From IMG/VR virus record IMGVR_UViG_3300045919_000132, positions 1 to 51,286 of that record: a stretch of 51,286 bases of DNA, one strand, 5' to 3'. The notes under the pieces are model-generated. The model was given only the letters and a program-made list of their open reading frames with translations. It searched no databases and was not told where the DNA came from. This document shows positions 46,550 through 51,286 of this stretch, piece after piece. Origin of the DNA: a virus. Its lineage: Duplodnaviria; Caudoviricetes. The first letter of the stretch is position 1. Each line of letters opens with the position of its first letter. A program made the position numbers and the translations under genes.

Positions 46550-46959
46550 TACACATTCTCCTGATACACTCGTTCACGGTCCATTTGATCTGGTTTCCAG
46601 CGATCATCTAGATCGGGCCGATGTTTCGTAAAATAACTGAGAAACATCCAGCAACAACCAAGGTGATCAACATGAAGTAAACCGCTTTCGGGATCAATGT
46701 CTTCTCCGCGTTGAATAGAAGCAAGATGGCGATGAATTGCAGCAATAAGACGAGAGTAGCTGATACCACCTCGCCAGTTATGTTCAGCATATTTTTTTGC
46801 TCCAAAGGTCAGGACTTGTGCCAGTCCTTCAAGTGCATCAGGGTCAAGCAAATCCATACGAGGTTTGTCTTGATCAAACTTCATTCCCGTCGGAGGGCTA
46901 CCCCCAGTATCAAAATCACTACGTAGAACCCAAGTATCATTCCCAGCATCTTTAGCCAT
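46549..46959 (-). CDS. dATP/dGTP diphosphohydrolase-domain protein (DUF5664-like)
   Basis: KFDQDKPRMDLL, GAKKY...NW..G, RH, GEDIDPESGL.H..H. Confidence 0.85.
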   Translation of the reverse strand: MAKDAGNDTWVLRSDFDTGGSPPTGMKFDQDKPRMDLLDPDALEGLAQVLTFGAKKYAEHNWRGGISYSRLIAAIHRHLASIQRGEDIDPESGLLHVDHLGCCWMFLSYFTKHRPDLDDRWKPDQMDRERVYQENV

Positions 46960-47713
46960 ACTTCCTCTCAAGGTAACCCAACGACACATACATGGGCATA
47001 AAGTGCCCTTCATTGACCTCATGAAACATCCACAATCCTCGGTCATACGTATTGCCTTGCGGACCAAGATAATCCTCATTGTGCGTGTAACACGAGCCTG
47101 CAAACAGCGTAATGATTGGCTTACCATCCCCGCGAACATCTCGATTCATATCCCAATTCTGCACATGGCCCATAACGCAGGACATGTGTTTCTTGACTGC
47201 TAGTTGCCTAGCATTCGGCACAGGACGCCCCATAACCCCTGAAGTGAAATAGTGAGAGTAAGCGATGCCGTCAATAACAACAATTTCAAGAAAAGGATAA
47301 ACTTTCCATCCTGCTTCCGCATACCCTAAGTCTTGGGTGGAGAGGACTCCCTCAAGTTTAGCGTCGTTCTCGACAGCCTTGACAATACGATTTTCATGGT
47401 TGCCAAGAGTGAGGTGGAGTTCCGGAGTATACTGCTTTGACTTATTTTTTCGGCGCTGGTCGTTGTATCGATTAAGTGGCCCAAGCAGAGTAGCCATAGC
47501 TCGCTTTGTTGCAGCAACGTCATCGATGTACCGCCTACCCTCGAATGATTTTTTTCCCACATCATAAGACGAAAGGCTAGGCATATCAGCGAAATCTCCC
47601 AAGCAGATGATTTTTTCAGGCTGCTTTTCAACAATGTACTTACCAATTCGTTCGAGATACTCAATATCTACTCCCGGTTTTACTTGACAATCAGGTACGA
47701 CCAAATGTTTCAT
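46952..47713 (-). CDS. Calcineurin-like metallophosphoesterase
   Basis: PDCQ, LGDFAD, GNHE, SH, GHVQ. Confidence 0.9.
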   Translation of the reverse strand: MKHLVVPDCQVKPGVDIEYLERIGKYIVEKQPEKIICLGDFADMPSLSSYDVGKKSFEGRRYIDDVAATKRAMATLLGPLNRYNDQRRKNKSKQYTPELHLTLGNHENRIVKAVENDAKLEGVLSTQDLGYAEAGWKVYPFLEIVVIDGIAYSHYFTSGVMGRPVPNARQLAVKKHMSCVMGHVQNWDMNRDVRGDGKPIITLFAGSCYTHNEDYLGPQGNTYDRGLWMFHEVNEGHFMPMYVSLGYLERKYG

Positions 47714-47721
47714 AAGACTCC

Positions 47722-47898
47722 TTATTGTACTGTGTCTGGACCTTCAACAATTTGATTGTCCTCAATATACTTAACTGCGCCATTTCGAACCATTGTGGTA
47801 ATAAACCATTTCACCATTGCCGAGACTTGTTTTTGATCGAGTTCCGTCTTAAATGTAATAGTACCTTCTGGGGTTTCAACAACTTCACTGATTTGCAT
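47722..47898 (-). CDS. Small hypothetical protein (58 aa)
   Basis: MQISEVVETPEGTITFKTEL...; AAGG RBS. Confidence 0.6.
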   Translation of the reverse strand: MQISEVVETPEGTITFKTELDQKQVSAMVKWFITTMVRNGAVKYIEDNQIVEGPDTVQ

Positions 47899-48229
47899 TA
47901 CTTACCTTTTTAAAGAACCATTCTGCGTCCACTAGGACCAATGGTTTTGACCTGTTCTGTTTAATCACTACGAGTGGCTCTAAATCTCCTGCGTTAGCTT
48001 GAGCTTGTTCATAGAATTTGTATACGGCAATTGCCTTGAGGTTCTTACATTCAATGGCAAAGGGGTGTTGGAGTTTGGCGGCTTGCGATAGTTGAATATC
48101 GACCCCGGTCTGGCCCATGCCAGTTGATCTTACATCATCAGAAGTTAGGGTCGGCGAGTGCATCAAGATCAGGTCGCGCACTGTCTGCTGCAAGCTCCGC
48201 CCTTTCGCTTTCGCGGAAGAAGTCTTCAA
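47885..48229 (-). CDS. Holliday junction resolvase-like PD-(D/E)xK nuclease
   Basis: AKAKGR.LQ, GVDIQLS, IECKN, EPLVVIKQNR. Confidence 0.85.
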   Translation of the reverse strand: MKTSSAKAKGRSLQQTVRDLILMHSPTLTSDDVRSTGMGQTGVDIQLSQAAKLQHPFAIECKNLKAIAVYKFYEQAQANAGDLEPLVVIKQNRSKPLVLVDAEWFFKKVSNANQ

Positions 48230-48461
48230 GTTCTTTCCTATATGGTTCATTTAAATCATCAAGTGTTTGTGCGATGGCGTAAAGAACTTCGGCGGGCAAA
48301 TACCCACCTTTTTTATCCGGCCACCAATCATAAAACCCATCCTCTTTGACAAAAACCTCACCCATGTCTACACTATTTTCATAATGTAGTGTGTAGCCGG
48401 CCGGTGATCGTGCTCGAAGATAGACCAATTTACGATAATTAGTCACCCATTTTCTCCACAA
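48138..48461 (-). CDS. Phage hypothetical protein
   Basis: EDGFYDWWP...IAQTLDDLN motif. Confidence 0.65.
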   Translation of the reverse strand: MWRKWVTNYRKLVYLRARSPAGYTLHYENSVDMGEVFVKEDGFYDWWPDKKGGYLPAEVLYAIAQTLDDLNEPYRKELEDFFRESERAELAADSARPDLDALADPNF

Positions 48462-48572
48462 TTTTATAATTTAATAGATGGTCGCCATCAGTAAGAACAA
48501 AATGTATTAAATCTTCCCTTGTGTTAAACTTTTGATATTTAACACCTGTAGTGTACGTCAATTTGGCAAGAA

Positions 48573-49298
48573 TCATGCGTGTACTAACTCCAGTTGCTCT
48601 TGCAAAAACGGCCATTCAATCTCAGGGGTACGGAGAATCCAGAGCAGCTTGTAGTTTAGATTGAAAGCATCTTTGTCGTGGTACAAGTTGTAAGTATAGC
48701 GGAACGCCTCTTCTGGTTCGAGGGCTGATAAATCTTGGAGAGTTCCAAGAAGAAACTGAGGCACTGTGGTTCGGGCACGCCCGTCATATCCCATGACATT
48801 ATCGGATCGGTCACCAAGAACCATTTGCGTCCAAAAGTTTTTCCATCCTTCTTGTTCTGTGACATTCGTAAACTCCTTTTTTACAAAGTTGTAATGACGC
48901 CCCGGTACTTGGAGCAAGTCTTTATCAATAGAGCAGATTACTGTGTCGGTTCCTGTTGTTTGATCAATCCCAAGCTGGTCATCGGTTTCAATCCCGTCAA
49001 CAAAAAAGGCGTCCCAATGATCAACAAGGTAGGCTTGAACGGCACCGAGGTAAGTTGGCGGAGGAGTTGTTCGGTTTGCTTTATATTGTTGGCTAATCTT
49101 TTTGCGGAAGTTTCCTGAGCCGCCAAGAGGGAGGCGATACACAGTTGCTTCGACATCGTGAATAAGGTCTTGTAACAAACCTTCTGTCCGATGTACTGCA
49201 TCGTCCAACGTTTCCAAATAAGGCTTGGATTTCGTGGGTTCGCATGAAGCTGCGCAACGAAATGCAACGATGTCACCATCGATTAAGGCAGTTGTCAT
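48573..49298 (-). CDS. 5'-3' exonuclease (T7 gp6 / FEN-like)
   Basis: LIDGD, NFR, YKANR, ETDD, SIDKDL, GDRSDN. Confidence 0.92.
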   Translation of the reverse strand: MTTALIDGDIVAFRCAASCEPTKSKPYLETLDDAVHRTEGLLQDLIHDVEATVYRLPLGGSGNFRKKISQQYKANRTTPPPTYLGAVQAYLVDHWDAFFVDGIETDDQLGIDQTTGTDTVICSIDKDLLQVPGRHYNFVKKEFTNVTEQEGWKNFWTQMVLGDRSDNVMGYDGRARTTVPQFLLGTLQDLSALEPEEAFRYTYNLYHDKDAFNLNYKLLWILRTPEIEWPFLQEQLELVHA

Positions 49299-49447
49299 TA
49301 GTAAGGGCGGTCCTCAATGATATGGCTTTCTAGTTTGAATTTATGCACATGTTCAATCAACTCGTTATACAACGGAATCAACACTTCTGGAGGAGCATGT
49401 TTTGCTAATACAGCACTGTAGTACATGATTTTTTCTTGCAAAGTCAT
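49298..49447 (-). CDS. Small hypothetical protein (49 aa)
   Basis: MTLQEKIMYY...; TAATG coupling to the exonuclease. Confidence 0.5.
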   Translation of the reverse strand: MTLQEKIMYYSAVLAKHAPPEVLIPLYNELIEHVHKFKLESHIIEDRPY

Positions 49448-49503
49448 TTTTATTCTTATTCTCCATTACATTGCGTAACGGTCAAATCCTCTCCCGAGGA
49501 TAT

Positions 49504-49526
49504 AGTTATAGATAGTATCTATAACT
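49504..49526. repeat. Palindrome A copy (extended, perfect 11-1-11)
   Basis: agttatagata-g-tatctataact. Confidence 0.9.
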
Positions 49527-49585
49527 GAGTGGGGAGCCTCACACTCCCTTGGAGGTTCTGACCAAGCGTTTACCTCTAAAACTTC

Positions 49586-49661
49586 TGGTGCCACCTGAAG
49601 GAGTCGAACCCTCGACCAACGGATTACAAAACCGCTGCTCTACCAACTGAGCTAAGGTGGC
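49586..49661 (-). tRNA. tRNA-Thr (TGT)
   Basis: GCCACCT acceptor, GCTC/GAGC D-stem, TTTGTAA loop, GGTTCGACTCC, CCA; 76 nt. Confidence 0.93.
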
Positions 49662-49668
49662 AAATTAC

Positions 49669-50220
49669 TTAGTAAGGAATGTCGTTCTCCATATCAGCGA
49701 TGGATTGAACCTCATTCTTAGCAGGCACAACATCACGCTTGAACACATATCCTACAAATTTGTCTGCTAGGTTAGTAACGTCCTCCAACGAAGGAGGAGA
49801 TTTTGCACCAACCGAAAGTACAGCAACAGCGTTAGAAAGAGAACTTTGTCGGACAATGTATTCTTGTCGAGCGGCACGCTCTTCAGGCGTCTCAAAGTTG
49901 CTTCGGGGAGCAGTAGTAGTTTTAGCAGCAGCTACTTGTACATCCGTAACAGTCGGGCTTGCCATAGACTCTGGCGCAAGTTTCTCCACTTTGACGACCT
50001 CGGGATATCCCTTAGCGTTCGTAATCTCAGTAACTTCAAATACGTCATCTCGCTGCGCGGCAGAAAGTGCAGCGTAGACATCCTTGTTTGTAAATGAAAG
50101 GACATTCCGCCCATCAACTTTTCCTGTAGCTTCATTGTGAAACACCACGTTGAGTTTGGTCCATTTGGCTTTACCTTTTTCTTGTACTTCCTGTGTGGTC
50201 TTAATTACCTTGATTTTCAA
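49669..50220 (-). CDS. Putative single-stranded DNA-binding protein
   Basis: Beta-rich N-terminus, IVRQSSL motif, acidic-aromatic tail DMENDIPY; replication context. Confidence 0.6.
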   Translation of the reverse strand: MKIKVIKTTQEVQEKGKAKWTKLNVVFHNEATGKVDGRNVLSFTNKDVYAALSAAQRDDVFEVTEITNAKGYPEVVKVEKLAPESMASPTVTDVQVAAAKTTTAPRSNFETPEERAARQEYIVRQSSLSNAVAVLSVGAKSPPSLEDVTNLADKFVGYVFKRDVVPAKNEVQSIADMENDIPY

Positions 50221-50365
50221 CTTGTTGTTCCTTTCGAATTTCGTTCACGATTTGCGAGATGCGTCCGGGGGTGCATTGGAAATCAATCGCAATTTGCTTC
50301 AAAGTCTGTTTCTCAACAGTATACCGGCGGAAGATTTCGCCGTAAGTATCTTTCTTAATTTTCAT
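50201..50365 (-). CDS. Small helix-turn-helix protein (54 aa, not in the ORF track)
   Basis: MKIKKDTYGEIFRRYTVEKQTLKQIAIDFQCTPGRISQIVNEIRKEQQVENQGN. Confidence 0.7.
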   Translation of the reverse strand: MKIKKDTYGEIFRRYTVEKQTLKQIAIDFQCTPGRISQIVNEIRKEQQVENQGN

Positions 50366-50381
50366 ATTTCACCATATACGT

Positions 50382-50410
50382 AGTGTACCACATTATTTGA
50401 CTTCTGTCAA
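50382..50410 (-). promoter_or_regulatory. sigma70-like promoter
   Basis: TTGACA-17nt-TACACT with extended -10 TG. Confidence 0.75.
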
Positions 50411-50417
50411 GAACTAT

Positions 50418-51137
50418 TTATTTAACTTCTACTAAATCTTTCAGATTCATTCCGGTAAAAATCTCGCAGCGAAGAGGCAGGTTGAAGTCTACTTTAAACC
50501 ATTCTTTGAACCTCGCAGGAGCGTCATCAAAACAGGATTGAACAATCTTTACAACATGATCAACCATATCACTAGGACAATCAATGTCAATTGAATCATG
50601 AACTGTTGATATGAGTCGGACCCCAGACACGAATAAGTATCGCAGACGAGCAAACAAAAGAGTCCTAACAATAGCCATGAGGTCATGTCCGAGTCCTTGT
50701 ACTGGATAATTCAAGATTTGGGTACGGGGCCATTTCATTTCACCCCGAGGGCTACTAACAGGAGCAAACTCATACTCCCGGCCAGTAGGCACAACCAAGC
50801 GCCCACGATTGCGGATGACGGTTTGAACCCAGTTTGTGTGCGTTTCTTGGAGAACCTTGTATTTTGCGTAAGCTTCATCGATTACTTTCTGCCAATATTT
50901 AGGGGACGTAGATACGTGTGTAAAGTCAGGATCATAAGCATATGCGTAGGCAGTGCCGCCGTAAATGAGGCGAAAAAGAAAAAACTTAGCGATTCGTCTC
51001 TCAGGCAAACTAAATCGAGAGCGGTTGATTTCATGCATATCAACATTGTCCATTATCTCCTGCATACCTACGGGGTCTTGTGAGAGGTAACATGCTCCTA
51101 TCCACTCAAGTTGTCTGGCGTCTACGTGAACGATCAA
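50418..51137 (-). CDS. polA: Family A DNA polymerase, C-terminal catalytic part
   Basis: Motif A DARQLE, motif B RRIAKFFLFRLIYGG, NYPVQG, motif C VHDSI; GAGGA RBS with TTG start. Confidence 0.93.
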   Translation of the reverse strand: MIVHVDARQLEWIGACYLSQDPVGMQEIMDNVDMHEINRSRFSLPERRIAKFFLFRLIYGGTAYAYAYDPDFTHVSTSPKYWQKVIDEAYAKYKVLQETHTNWVQTVIRNRGRLVVPTGREYEFAPVSSPRGEMKWPRTQILNYPVQGLGHDLMAIVRTLLFARLRYLFVSGVRLISTVHDSIDIDCPSDMVDHVVKIVQSCFDDAPARFKEWFKVDFNLPLRCEIFTGMNLKDLVEVK

Positions 51138-51286
51138 ATTCTTTCCTCGCTTTACATAAATGTAGGCTTTGGTTTGGCGTTTCCAATCTCCATTTGTTGT
51201 TTCGATTTACCCACACCAATCCGTAATAATGACAATGCTTACATGTAGCAGTTTGAAGTTCTTGGGGATGGGGGGGTATAGAGGGG
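51106..51286 (-). CDS. 3' part of a 69-aa Cys/His protein spanning the junction (starts at ATG 57)
   Basis: MDFIGIRVHAPSIPAHPQELQTATCKHCHYYGLVW...HLC...; the frame stays open when the ends are joined. Confidence 0.6.
   Translation of the reverse strand, partial: PSIPPHPQELQTATCKHCHYYGLVWVNRNNKWRLETPNQSLHLCKARKEFDRSRRRQTT

Noticed and set aside
51138-51286. Self-splicing intron or intein joining the polymerase halves
   Set aside because: The gap is only ~177 nt, is filled by an ORF, and the downstream half has its own RBS.

Overview
The window looks like an essentially complete, circularly permuted genome (~51.26 kb) of a lytic podovirus-type tailed phage. The last 28 nt repeat the first 28 nt with 1 mismatch, and an ORF reads cleanly across that junction. 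The layout resembles LUZ24/PaP3/phiEco32/Zobellviridae-type phages. A leftward early/middle arm runs from ~18.4 kb down to 1 and continues from 51.2 kb down to 42.7 kb. It carries small early genes, an amidoligase/ATP-grasp/amidotransferase cluster, primase, helicase, a split family-A DNA polymerase, exonuclease, resolvase, class II RNR and two tRNAs. A rightward late arm (19.4-42.7 kb) carries terminase, portal, GroES, capsid, tail and ejection proteins, and lysin. The two arms converge on a terminator at ~42.73 kb. I recognised no integrase, repressor-like lysogeny module or phage RNA polymerase; the promoters are host sigma70-like. The most unusual content is non-coding. (i) There are 12 copies of a 17-bp palindrome, TATAGA-N5-TCTATA, none of them in the late arm. 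(ii) A second 25-bp palindrome often abuts it. (iii) A ~550-nt, promoter-driven, multi-domain structured RNA at 16.27-16.82 kb embeds two of the palindromes. (iv) An unannotated 54-aa HTH protein is a candidate binder. All product calls come from motif recognition by eye; no database searches or folding programs were run.
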